This document shows, one piece after another, positions 51,781 through 64,000 of a DNA stretch of 64,000 nucleotides. The translations under genes were made by a program, and so were the position numbers. The DNA is from Octopus sinensis. Taxonomy: Eukaryota. The stretch spans positions 24,986,001-25,050,000 of the forward strand of contig NC_043013.1 in assembly GCF_006345805.1 (NCBI RefSeq), written 5' to 3'. A model generated the notes under the pieces. That model had not been told where the DNA came from, did no database searches, and saw only the letters and a program-made list of their open reading frames with translations. Each line of letters opens with the position of its first letter. Positions within the stretch are counted from its first letter, which is position 1.

Positions 51781-54011
51781 TAACTCAAGAGAGAAACTGA
51801 TTTTTTTTTCAATTGCTAATTTATTTTTCATTTAAAAAATTTTTAATATACTTTTTATTTCTTTGACTCTATAGCATTCATGTCATTCTGTCAAATGCAA
51901 TGTTTATTTATTTACATTGTTTGGAATTAATTCTGCATTATCTCATAGCTTTGAGATTTCAATGATGTGATTGTTCATTTCAAGAATGACATTGTAGGGT
52001 AGGTGTGAAAGGCTGGATCTCACCAGATTGAACATAAAAGAGAAAGGATATTTTGGTCTCAGCAGGTAATCGTGCAATGGACCAGCATCCTATCAACAGA
52101 GGAATATATATGCCAGAAAAACCAGGAAACTGACCTTACGCTCTTTATGGAATAATGTGGACTAACCATGGCCAATTTAAATGGTAAAGGGTTAAATTTA
52201 ATTATGTAGACAAGTCTGAATATATTGCACAAAGGCTGAAAATTATTTTGAACTATTTAAGGATATTCTCAGTGCTGCCTAACTGGCACCCATGCCGGTG
52301 GCACATAAAAAGCACTATTCAAGCATGGTTGGCTCCCATGTTGGTGGCATGTAAAAAGCACTATTTGAGCGTGGTCGATGCCAATGCCATCTGAATTGCT
52401 CCTGTGCTGGTGGCATATAAAAAGCACCATTCAAGCATGGCCGATACCAGTGCCATTTGACTGGCACCTGTGCTGGCGTCATGTAAATAGCGCCATTTGA
52501 GGGTGGTCGATGCCAGTGCCACCTGACTGGCACCCATGCAGGTGGTATATAAAAAGCACCAACTACATTCTCGGAGTGGTTGGCGATAGGAAGGACATCT
52601 AACTGTAGAGACCTTGCCAAATCAGATTGGAGCCTGGTGCAACCTCCCAGCCTGCCAGTTCTCAGTCAAACTGTCTAACCCATGCAAGCACAGAAAGCGA
52701 ACTTTAAACGACAACGATGATGATGATGAAAATGAAAAAAGCAATATCTCACAACCATTAATTAAAATGAGTCTTTTTTTTTTAATCAATTCCATTTTAT
52801 ATTTAACATAGGCGCAGGAGTGGGTGTGTGGTAAGTAGCTTGGATTTGGTAGGCGAAGACTAAAAAAAGCCTGTCATGTAAGTATGTGTGTGTGTGTCCT
52901 CCCAACATCGCTTGACAACCGATGCTGGTATGTTTAAGTCCCTTAGTGGTTCAGCAAAAGAGACTGATAGAATAAGTACTAGGCTTACAAAGAATAAGTT
53001 GTGGGGTCGATTTGTTAGACTAAAGGTGGTGCTCCAACATGGCTGCAGTCAAATGACTGAAATAAATAAAAGGATAAAAGAATATTGTTTAAGCAACCAG
53101 CAGTGGGGGAATGATTCAGGTATTTCAGGTTTTGAGGAGTGTGGAACCAGCTCTTAACCACCAAATCCCCAGGTCTACCCTGACCTGGACTAGTAGCACC
53201 AGTTACAGTCAGAGCTTGTAGGTTAGTTAGCATATTAGGGATTGCATTTGAGGAGTGGATCCAGTGAACTTTGAGGAAGAAAACCTCCATGATCAAAACA
53301 GCAGAAAGCAGCTGCAACAATGCACTGAGGAATGCAGATAGATGCGGCAAGTAAGACATCATGGTGCTCCATTGCATCCATCTCCATCCCCAGTCGTCTT
53401 GACCTGGTCTCGGTACTGGATTGAGAACGGTCATGACACAAAAGAGTGGGACTGAGGGAGTGCAACTCTTCTTCTCATTAAATAAAGTCATCCTACAAGC
53501 CATCACTCATCCTTAAGGCTGATTAGATGGCCCTTGTCATTCAAATGACTATTTATATTATTGATCATGTGATAATACCTCTAAAGTTTTTAAATGCTAA
53601 TTCTAATATCTGCATGGTTTTATATCTTCTTGGGAGAAAGGTTTTTTTGAAGCATTCTGTAAATATTTCATCATCATCATCATCAGTATTTTCCTGCTTA
53701 TTTACTCTTGTTCTTTACTGTCTTATTGTATTATTATCTAGTTGTTTTTATTGTATGTATATATTTTTTACTGATAATTCATGTTTAATAAATATTTAGA
53801 GGAATGTTTCAGGTGTAGGTCTCCAGATTTGCTTAAGGTTTTGGAACAAATTCTTCTCATAAGCATGGCTGTGAGCATGACTTTTGCAATCACAGAGTTA
53901 GGAGTTTGGGCCCACTGTGCTGCACCTTGGGCAAATGTCTTCTACTATAGCTGTGGGCCAACCAAGGCCTTGTGAGTGAATCTGGTAGCAGGAAACTCTG
54001 CCAAAGCTCAT

Positions 54012-54043
<32 letters not shown>

Positions 54044-55404
54044 TGTGTGTGTGTGTGTGTGTGTAGACGGTTGTCTGTGTTTCCAACCACTATCGCTTGA
54101 CAACTGGTGTTAGTTTGTTTACATCCTTGAAACTTTGAAATTTTTCTGTTATTCTCACACATGAACACCTCTTTCATTTCTCTGCTTAATTTCCAGTCTT
54201 TCTTCCTCTCAAATATGTAGCTAAGTGACAGTTTTAGCAAAAGACTTGATTAAAACTAAAACTGTTAACCATTATGTCATAATCAGTAGATTATGACATA
54301 ACAACTAGCTTTAATTGAAGCAGGAAGTTTGTGAATTCAAATTAAGATCATGACCAAATATAATTTTTCCTTTACCAGAAATTGGCAACAAATCATGTTT
54401 CCATCAATAATGCCACAGAAAAAGCTGACTTACCACATGCACACATTTTGATCTAGTTTAGAAATATGATTAACTTCAAATCAAATTGATTTCATCAGAT
54501 GCTTTCAGACCCACGTTGAAAGAAAGAGCTCTTTAGTATCATTCAAAACCAGTTGGTCCATAGTTCCAGTGGTGCTCTCAACAAGAAATCACCTTGCATG
54601 GAAAGCAATAAATCCAACAAATGGTTTCGAAGACCATTTGTCAATGAGGCTGAGATGGGTGAAGATGCTTATCATTCTTACAGATGAGAGAGCATCAGGG
54701 GAGCACATTGTCCAACTACAAAATTTGGTTGGGTAACATGGAGATTCATAAGGGGTTCAGGTTCCTTACAGCCGACTACTGAACAAGACACATCAAATTC
54801 AGTTATTCAAAAAACAAATCTATCAAATATGCAGATCAAGGGATCTGACGTTACAATGTTTTGCTCCGACAGAGCAAAACAACAAGAAATTTACCCAACT
54901 CCAACAAGGACAATGCATCACCAGCAACGAGGCTTTCTAGTCCCATGTTTTCTTTCTCATTCATGAAGGTGTCCTTAACATCAAACAATCTGCTGTCCAA
55001 CTGGGCGACAGGTTTACTTCATACAGGCAACTACTGCATAGAAAACACGAAGTCCAAAAGATGCAATGCTTATAACTTTTCCTCAATTGCGTCAAGTAGG
55101 ATCCCTTACAAATCATAGAATAAGTAACGTAGTCAAAAAATGCCAAGTACCTCTACTGGAGGCCATGATAACAAAAGTTTTGATGGTGCAATTGGAAGGG
55201 AGTAATGTTGGTAGGTATAGTCAACATGAATGTTTTGTTTTATGGCTTTTCTCTGGAGTAAAGGGTCCAAGGTAACTGATATAGCCATTAGTATCCCTCT
55301 CCATACAAGCCTCTATATATCCAATGCACATATAAATAAATATATATAGCAGTTAATGAAGTTTTATCATCTTCAGTATAAAATAGAATGACTATGCATG
55401 TATG

Positions 55405-55667
55405 CATAATATATATATATATATATATAGATAGATATATATATATATAGACACACCCACATACACATTCGCACACACACACACGCATATATATATCTAC
55501 ACACACCTACATACATACATAGACATGCATACACATACACACACATAGACAAACACATGCATGCATATACAAACACGCATACATATACAAACACACATAC
55601 ATATACAAACACACACATACATATACAAATACATATACAAACACACACAGACATATTATATATATAT

Positions 55668-55699
<32 letters not shown>

Positions 55700-55920
55700 A
55701 TATATATATATAAATGTATATATATATTCACGGTTTAATCCAACTTTCGTGATTATTCAAAGCAACTAGCCTTTTCTTTGTTTATTTGTATTGAATTCAA
55801 CGTATTAAATATTTTTCCGGCAATCTTTCCATCACCGTATAGAAACATATATACTACATCATGTTATATCATATTATATGTTATATTATATTATATTATA
55901 TTATATTATATTATATATCG
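55405..55920. repeat. Compound (TA)n/(CA)n/(TATTA)n microsatellite cluster
   Basis: Directly visible. Other long TA/CA tracts at 1884-2050, 16860-17085, 25630-25720, 39582-39640, 46410-46770. Confidence 0.9.
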
Positions 55921-56628
55921 AGTTTTTAAGAATAACTCTTGCGTATTAAATTAAGATATTTGTATTTATAGTTTTACTTTCGACTGACGTATATTTCCGT
56001 GTGAATAGAATTACTGTTGGTCTACTTTTAAATCAACATAATGAAAACACAAAAATTCCCACAATGTATCTAAATAAAGAAAAATAAGGTAAATGATAAA
56101 GTAATAGCTATTATAATCATAAACGAATTTGAGAATAAGGAAAGACAGATTTTGATTTTTTTTTTCCAGCTAGGATTCGAAACCTCTTCCTGTTAAATTG
56201 GTGTGATGAGGAGGCTGAGTAAGGAATGCGTCAAATAAATGATGCATTTGGGGGAAAAAATCGTCACATTAAGTAGTGTTAGAAATGATGAATCAGAGTC
56301 ATTCGAGAATTACCAATCACAGTGAATAATATCTTGCCTGTCCCCTAGTTGGGTTTAAAGGGTCAATTGTTAAATTGAAAATTAAAAAAACCTTTGATAA
56401 TGACAAAGAAAGGATATTAACACCGCACCCCTCTCCCCGAGAGATAATACAACAAAATAATAAATTACGAAGTCATATACAGAAAACATGAATGAATTAA
56501 AAGACTTGTCATATAGCTAAATATATAATAATGGAAAGATAACAGTAATAATAATAATATTAAGATAGATCTTAAGAAATTAAGGAAAAATAATGTTTAA
56601 GGTTATATGATCTATCGAACATACTCAC

Positions 56629-56827
56629 CATCTCCGACGACGGCTTTTAGTTTAAAAGGCTCTTTCTGCCAGATATAATCAACTAATAATGGACTGAGAT
56701 GAGCCAAAAATATGTCCTTCTGTTCTTCCAAATATTCTTGTGCTTTCAAATCATCTAAATGGTCAGAAACAAATGGGAAAAGAGAATATTCCACCACATC
56801 CTCCGGGACGTACCGTCTCTCAGCCAT
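56629..56827 (-). CDS. ECD: Ecdysoneless homolog, coding exon 1 (aa 1-66)
   Basis: MAERRYVPEDVVEYSLFPF...LSPLLVDYIWQKEPFKLK resembles the human ECD N-terminus (EDTVEYCLF...APMLVPYIWQNQPFNLK). ATG has A at -3 and G at +4, with an in-frame TAA 18 nt upstream. Donor G|GTGAGT at 56628, phase 1. Confidence 0.95.
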
Positions 56828-57700
56828 GCTGTGACTTGTTTGTTAAAATGTTTCTCAATCTGTCAATCAAGTAGAATGGGCGGAGTTTCAGGTTTTACTA
56901 AACACGTTTAACAGAATAACAGAATATAAACAGAAACAGTATTCCGCTCGGTATATCTCTGCGCTGTGTTGTCTTTTTTGTTTGTTTGTTATTTTTGTGT
57001 TTATTTTTTTCTGACGTTCATGTTAATTGGTTAGCAATTATTATCAGTATTAAAAACAGAAAGACAAGGATTTTGTTTGAAACTGTTTTTTTTTTAAATT
57101 ATTTCCTTATTTCTTCTTCCGTAACCGTTAGTTTCGCGATACCAAGGATCTACACTCGAAAAGTCTTGTTTGAGACTGTACTCGCAGAAAAAAAGTGTCT
57201 GGAGAATTCAGTGATGAGTAAACTGCTAGTTTCCATTGTATACGATTGCTGGCGTGTTCTCTCTCAGACGAAGTGCTACGGAAGACACGGAATTGTCTAT
57301 GTATTAACTCTCACCTCTCTCTACATCATCGATGATGTATAAGAGAAGGACCAAATCAGCTTGGCACCAGTGCAATTGAAGTTGTCACAGCTTAAGCTTT
57401 GCATTCGTCCTCAGGGTTTACTCCCCAAATCTTTGCTATGAATGGGTATGACTGGAGAACGGTTGAGGTCTGAAATAATCAATTTTCACTCACTTAGATG
57501 AACTGCCTTCCTAGATTAACGAGTTTTATCTACGCGCCCATTGCACTGGTTTTACAGCGCGCGGACCGGACTCTCTTCCACCTTCATTCCTTCCATTGTC
57601 AGTAAAAACACATAACACGAGAAGGACAGAAGTCGGACTTGGTTGTCAGACGTTGTTCAGAACACATACCACAACAAGCATTTTTTTTTTTTAAGGTAGC
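56828..57700. promoter_or_regulatory. Probable ECD promoter/5' region, CpG-retaining
   Basis: Lies immediately upstream of the ECD ATG. Visibly more CG dinucleotides than the introns; GC box GGGCGG at 56878-56883. The TSS cannot be located from sequence. Confidence 0.5.
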
Positions 57701-58504
57701 AGAAGCTTGTCTCCACTGCTACTCCTTGGCTTGGCAAACCTCGGAATTTCTTGAATTACACAAAATAGTAGAAATGCAAACTGAACGATTTGGGGGGGGG
57801 GGCAGTAAATATAGATGACAAAATGTGTGTCAGCTTCTAATTTAGATGTTGACATTGAATATCGATTCGTCTTCATTTAAAAATATTCATCATGAGACAT
57901 TACAGATTGGTGTAAGGGAAATAAATATGTGCATGTCACCGAGTTTTATTTCCTACATTTAACAACTTAACCCATTATGACAAAAGTGAAAGAAAATAAG
58001 TAAGCAGGTGGACGTTTTCTTTCATAGCAACACACTGACACAACAGCTCCTGTCAATAAACTCTTCAAATCATTTTCTCTTTCGTTCAGTAATTTATTCA
58101 TAAAAGACAAAAAGATATACGTAGTAACTCGACAAAATATAGAATTTAAAATAAGCAGCAAAGATATAAAATATATATTTAGACACTGCAAAACCAATAT
58201 GTAAGACTTGAGTTCAATTTTCTCTCCGTCATTGTATTGCTTACAACATGCAAGATAAATTATTGTAAATAATGGTTTCGAATTTTGGTACAAGACTAGC
58301 AATTTCAAGGGAAGGGTGTCAGTCGATTACATTAACCCTCAGTGCATAACTGGTACTTATTTTAATTGACACAGAAAGGATGAAAGGCAAAGTCAGCCTC
58401 GGCGGAATTTGAACTCAGAACATTAAGAGCCGGAAGAAATGCCGCTAAGCACTTTGTCCGGCGTGCTAATGATTCTGCCACCTCGCCAATTGAATTATTA
58501 TTCT

Positions 58505-58845
58505 TTCTTTTACGTGTTTCAGTCATTTGACTGCGGCCATGCTGGAGTACCGCCTTTAGTCGAACAGATCGACCTCAGGACTTATTCTTTGTAAGCCTAG
58601 TACTTATTCTATCCCCCTCTTTTGCCGAACCGCTAAGTTACGGGGACGTAAACACGCCAACATCGGTTGGAGTGGGGGGACAAAGACACATACACATATA
58701 TACGACGGGCTTCTTTCAGTTTCTGTTTACCAAATCCACTAACAAGGCTTTGGTCGGCCCGAGGCTATAGTAGAAGACACTCGCCCAAGGTGGCACGCAG
58801 TGGGACTGAACCTAGAACCATGACCACACAGCCACGTCTGCGCCT
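58505..58845 (-). mobile_element. SINE family A (tRNA-type head with CORE-like CCTTGGGCAAGTG segment), CpG-intact copy
   Basis: A box TGGCTGTGTGG and B box GGTTCAGTCCC; central CA/TA microsatellite; 3' part ending CAGTCAAATGACTGAAAC. More than 20 copies or fragments, e.g. 130-520, 7345-7730, 13688-14046, 14836-15229, 20555-21050, 26025-26400, 27290-27686, 28070-28480, 32715-33145, 33325-33690, 35240-35570, 39065-39817, 43940-44300, 48950-49320, 49390-49780, 52810-53080. Confidence 0.9.
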
Positions 58846-61800
58846 ATTAAAAATTATCCTTTCTGCTATAGGCACACAGCCTGAAATTTGGTGGGAGGAG
58901 ACTTGTCAAGACACCCACCCAAGTGCTTGACTGGTACTTAATTTATCGACGCCGAAAGGATGAACAACAAAGTCGACTTCGGTGAAATTTGAACTCAGAA
59001 CATAAAAACAAAATACTTAGCGGTATTTTGTCCGACGGGCTAATGATTCTGCCAACTCGTAGCCAATTGTTGTAAATAATAACCAGTAAACTAGTGATAG
59101 TCTAAGTAGGCAAAAATTATTTATTGAAGATTGTAAATTTATAATTAGTATGACGTGGGGAGACGAGAATTTCTATGAATAGAGCAAATTCTTTCGTCGG
59201 AGAAAGAAGTGTAATTTCTACTCAAAAAGAAAGAGGTATCGCTCCCATTTCGAATAAATGTTCAAATAAGATTTATACTGTAAGAAATTATTCCAATGTC
59301 TAATGTATTCATTTATAAAATAAACAGTAATTTAATATAAACGACGAATGAAAATGTTTGTATAACCATCATCACTTCTGACATAGATTTCTCAATGCAT
59401 GGGTTTGATAGGTTTGTATGACATATATTATTACCTAAATTTAGTCTAATAAAAAACAAACAATAATGGCCATTCCCAGGATCTATAAAGATCGGTGAGA
59501 AAAAAAGTAACTGGTGTTCAACTCTTCAAAGAGGTTTCGTGTGTATGTGGCAGCTGCTCTGCCCCAGAAACTGGTGTTGTTTGTTAACACCAGGAGACCC
59601 CTTATTGACAAGCTCAATTATCAAAAATGTTCTAATAGTGGAAGTGGCCAAGCCATTTCTTGGAATATCATGGACTGCATAATACAACGTATACTTTTCC
59701 TTTTTCTTTAAATGTTAAGGTATAATTTGAGGGTATCTTGGCTGCTATTTCTAACAGATCAAGTAATACACAAAGATACTTGCAATACTTTGTGCAGGGA
59801 ACACATGTGCCTTGAAGAAAGTAACTTGTTCAAAGTTAATGTATTTTCTCATTTAGAAGAGAGAGCCTAACGTTTGGAATACTATTTCAACTTTATTTCA
59901 TCTGCTTCAAAATAAAAGCTTTATTTTATTTTTTTTTATTCAGTTATTACCTTTCACTGGGAAATACTAGTGTCAGAAATATTTTCTTGGAAATGTTTGT
60001 TTGCAGAATTGTTAGCACACCAGGCAAAATGCTTAGTGGTATTTCATCTACCATTACTTTCTGAGTTCAAATTCCGCCGAGGTTGACTTTGCCTTTCGTC
60101 CTTTCGGGGTCGATTAAATAAGTACCAGCTACGCACTGGAGTTGATGTAATTGACTTAATCCCTTTGTCTGTCCTTGATTGTTCCCGCTATGTTTAAACC
60201 CCCTCAGGGCAGTAAAGAAATAAACATGAAATCTAGTCCTTCTTTCTCTGAATTTATCTAATCTGAATTCCAAAAGCTAATCTAATGATGATTTCAATTG
60301 CTAAAAATATCACCACAGTTAGATTACTGTTTTTTTATTGGATGTTTATTAATTTGAATATAAATTTATTCACATACATTATTCTTTTCTACTCTTTTGG
60401 GGGAGGGGGCCAGTCGATCAGATCAACCGCAGTACACAACTGGTACTTAATTTATCAACCATGAAAGGATGAAAGGCAAAGTTGACCTTGGCAGAATTTG
60501 AACTCAGAATGTTAAGACAGACAAATACCACTAAGCATTTCACCCAGCATGCTAACATTTCAGCCAGCTCCCCACCTTATGCACATACATTATCAAAGAC
60601 TCTCCTTTTACACTTCCTCATATCATTTGTTCTCATTGTGTGTTTTTTTTTTGGGGGGGGGGGGGGTCTGTTTTTTTTTTTGCTGCAAATGTTCAGTTTA
60701 TTCTGCCTTTAGAACAGATTAATTAATCTGACAAACTTATTGTTACTATTGATTCCTATAATTAGGCACACATCTAGAAACTCATAATGGATAGAAATGA
60801 AACTGGATGACATTCATGCCTTTCTTAACAACATCAACAGCATAAATGAAAGGAATTAGCATTATGAAAACTTAATTTGTTTCTCCAGTGAGTTACTTTT
60901 TAGCTTTACCAATTGTAACAATTTCTAGAATTGAGGCAGCAAGCTGGCCGAATCTTTAGAATTCCAGGCAAAATGCTTAGTAAGCATTGAATCCATCTTT
61001 ATGTTCCGAGTCCAAATTCCACCAAGGCCAACTCTTCCTTTCGTCCCTTTCAGGTTGATAAAACAAGTACTGTTTGAGCACTGGGGTCAATGTAGTTGAC
61101 TTCTCACCTGCTCTAAGATTGCTGGCCTTGTGCCAAAATTTGAAACCAATATTAATTTCTAAAACAAGACAGCGAACTGGCTGAATAGTTACCACTCTGG
61201 GCAAAATGCTTGGCAGTATTTTGTCCGTCTTTACATTCTGAGTTCAAATTCCACCAAGGTCGACTTTGCTTTTCACCCTTCTAGGGTCAGTAGAATAAGT
61301 ACCAGCTGAGTACTGTAATCAACTTGCCCCTTCACCCGAATATGCCTGCCTACCTTATGCCAAAATTTAAAACCAGCATTAATTTCTGGACTTAGCACAA
61401 AGCCATAGATGTTTAGAAATAGATTGTAACTAACTAAACTTCAGTATGTGACTGGTCCTTATTTTGATCAAAATCAACGTTATATAAAGCAAGGCTGAAA
61501 CAAGGTCTCTACAGATTGAAACTTGAGACAAAAGGGATTTAGTCCAACCTGCTACTGTTTCTATCACTTCCCCCTCCCCACCTAAGTCACTTCATATAAT
61601 TTAATTTATTTTAATTTATTCACTGACTGTAAATATTATATTTAGAAATTAATGCTTTTAGAGTTGTTTGTTAGAGATTTTTTTGCTTAGAATGTCAGTG
61701 TAGTTGTTTAACAAATTTTCCAACAGTTAATAATTAGTATTAGCATCCAGTTAAGTATCTTGAACTCTGCATGTGTTCTACTGCTGAAAATGTTACCATA

Positions 61801-63475
61801 CCTTTCAGAATTTGGTATCATGCCAGATGTGGCTCACGAGATTAGTTTCACTGCATAAATACTAAAGAATACATATCAAATTATCTTTTCTTTCACTTCT
61901 AAAGCCTACATAGAATGCAACCAGAGTCTACTATCTCAGTCTGGATATTTTTGCTTTTGCTTTGAATTATAGTTGTTTCAACACATGCACAATTCACAGG
62001 CAAAAAATGGGCAGTAATTGCACCAATGTTAATCCTTTCTCAACTGCAATGATCTTTTAGAATAGTGCTTACCTCTGGTTTTCCGTACTTTAACTATTTT
62101 ACTTCAGAAATCAGATACATCCACCCAGTTTCTTTATTCTTAACTGCAGTAAACAATTTTATATACCAATCTATCTTTTGCTAAGAAATATCATGTTTGA
62201 AACAACTCTATGCTGTGATATCTCGAGTTTATTGAGGCAACGTGACTTTCAGAAAAAAATGCCACTTCTAGTTTTTAGTAGATCTTTGACATTATTACTG
62301 GAATAATCATGAAATTTAATTTTGCAGTTAAAGTGATAGAACAGATGAAAAATAACTCTTACCCTGTAGAGCACAGGTTCCCAACTGGTGTGCTGCAACA
62401 CCCTGGGGTGCCATGAGATCAACCAAGGAGTGCTGCAAAAGACCCGTTGAGGCAAGTGAAAATCAAAATCAAAATCAAAATCAAAATCAAATCAAATCAA
62501 ATCAGATATCAGAAAGCAGAACCAAAATCGAAGTCGATCAACATCAATGGAAATTGCAGCTGTGATACCAGTGCCGGTGACAAGTAAGTGAACCATCCGA
62601 TCGTGGCCGTTGCCAGCACCGCCCCGACTGGCCTCCGTGCCAGTGGCACGTAAAAGGCACCATCCGTCTGTGGCTGTTTGCCAGCCCCGTCTGGCACCTG
62701 TGCGGGTGGCACGTAAAAAGCACCCACTACACTGACGGAGTGGTTGGCGTTAGGAAGGGCATCCAGCTGTAGAAACCCCAGTTGAACTGTCCAACCCATG
62801 CTAGCATGGAAAGCGGACGCTAAATGGTGATGATGATGATGATGATGATGTGCTATCATGATTGATCATTTAGAGTCAAAAATACATTTTGATACAATTT
62901 TAACAATAAATATTGTTTCTTATATTTTGTATTGTTGTCTATTTTATGTTTATTATATTGGTGAAATAAAGAAAATATTTTATTATCTATTCCAGGGACA
63001 TTGTTTTCTTACACAGATGTTTATTATCCAGAGACAAAGTCTTGTTATATTGATGTTGAATCAAACAACTGTCATGTTAGATTTTCTAAATAGGGTGCTG
63101 TGGATTTCTGTAAGGGGGGGGTCAACTTTGCCTTTCATCCTTTCAGGGTCGATAAAATAAGCACCAGTTGAGTACTGGGGTCGATGCAATCACCTAGTCT
63201 CCTCCCTCAAAGTTTCAAGGCCTTGTGCAATTAGTAGAAAGGATTAAAATCATTATTATGAAGGCGGCGAGCTGGCAGAATTGTTAACATGCTGGGCAAA
63301 ATGCTTAACAGCATTTTGTCCATGTTTACATTCTGAGTTCAAATTCCACCAAGGTCAACTTTCCCTTTTATCTTTTCAGGGTCAATGAAATTAGTACCAG
63401 TCAAGTACAGGGGTCAATGTAATCAACTTGTCCCCTCTTCCAAATTTCAGCCTTTGTGCCTATAGTAGAATGGAT

Positions 63476-64000
63476 CGCTAACTGGGCACCTGGAGAGGCA
63501 AGCCCATGCCGTCCAACAGCGTCGTAGGGCGCTGGACAGACGGACCCGTTAAACTGCTCGGGGTCTGGTTCGGTCCGGACCTCCAGGTGGATAAGAACTG
63601 GGAAGAGGTGACGAGCAGGGTGGCACGTCTCACCCAGAAATGGGCCGAGAGGAAGCTGTCCCTGAAAGGTCGAGCGGAGGTGGCGAATGCGTACATTGCA
63701 TCCGTCATCTATTACCGCTTGACCGTCGTCCCTTGTCCCGACCGCTGGTTGGCCAGCTGGTACGCCTGCTCTTCGACTTTTTGTGGAAGGGTCAGGTGCC
63801 ACTGGTCAGGCGATCCATCTGCTGTCAACGACCGCTGAACGGAGGCCTTGGAATGCCGTGGTTGCTGTTGCGCAGACATGCGCTCAGGCTGCGGCATCTC
63901 AAGCGCTTCCTAGACGGTGAACAGTGTGGTCGTCTTTTGTCAGACGCGATTTCCGCAGCTCGTCTCTTTGACGGAGCTGCAGACCTGGATCAACGTAGAC
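63476..64000 (+). mobile_element. 5'-truncated L1/Tx1-clade LINE ORF2 (post-RT region), continuing beyond the window
   Basis: GTWRGKPMPSNSVVGRWTDGPVKLLGVWFGPDLQVDKNW...LSLKGRAEVANAYIASVIYYRL, then after a frameshift near 63757 LLFDFLWKGQVPLVRRSICCQRPLNGGLGMP. Second frameshift near 63925. CpG-rich, so young. Confidence 0.92.

Noticed and set aside
54470-54505. Minus-strand CTGATGA plus hairpin
   Set aside because: Followed by GAAG, with no stem I or III pairing.
54290-55290. About 1 kb of complex sequence that might be an extra exon or a decayed transposase
   Set aside because: Stops in all frames; ECD exons 1 and 2 already join without a gap; only vague motif hints.
59160-59205. Minus-strand CCGACGA...GAAA...GTC
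   Set aside because: No stem I; better explained as an imperfect local palindrome.

Overview
AT-rich animal genomic DNA packed with microsatellites and SINEs. The repeat families look like Octopus (cephalopod) repeats; this is inferred from memory, not proven. One protein-coding gene is supported: the first four coding exons of ecdysoneless (ECD, SGT1/Ecd family) on the minus strand (56827-56629, 32101-31984, 14275-14188, 79-<1). They join in frame with canonical GT-AG introns of about 24.5, 17.7 and 14.1 kb. Nearly all other listed ORFs are microsatellite or repeat artefacts. The introns contain at least five SINE-like families, mariner/Tc1, piggyBac, hAT, Tigger and Helentron-type elements, R4-, Tx1- and CR1/L2-type LINE ends, and a tRNA-Phe pseudogene. 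The most interesting signals are: (1) five minimal, dimer-type type I hammerhead ribozyme motifs in Penelope-like fragments, two with non-canonical cores and one forming the tail of a tRNA-headed SINE with an inverted duplication; (2) Glu (GAG) in place of the deeply conserved Gly of the ECD D[11 protein letters not shown] motif, which one A-to-I edit would restore; (3) a 59-bp near-perfect intronic hairpin; (4) a SINE subfamily sharing its 3' end with an L1/Tx1 LINE. All alignments and folds were done by eye.
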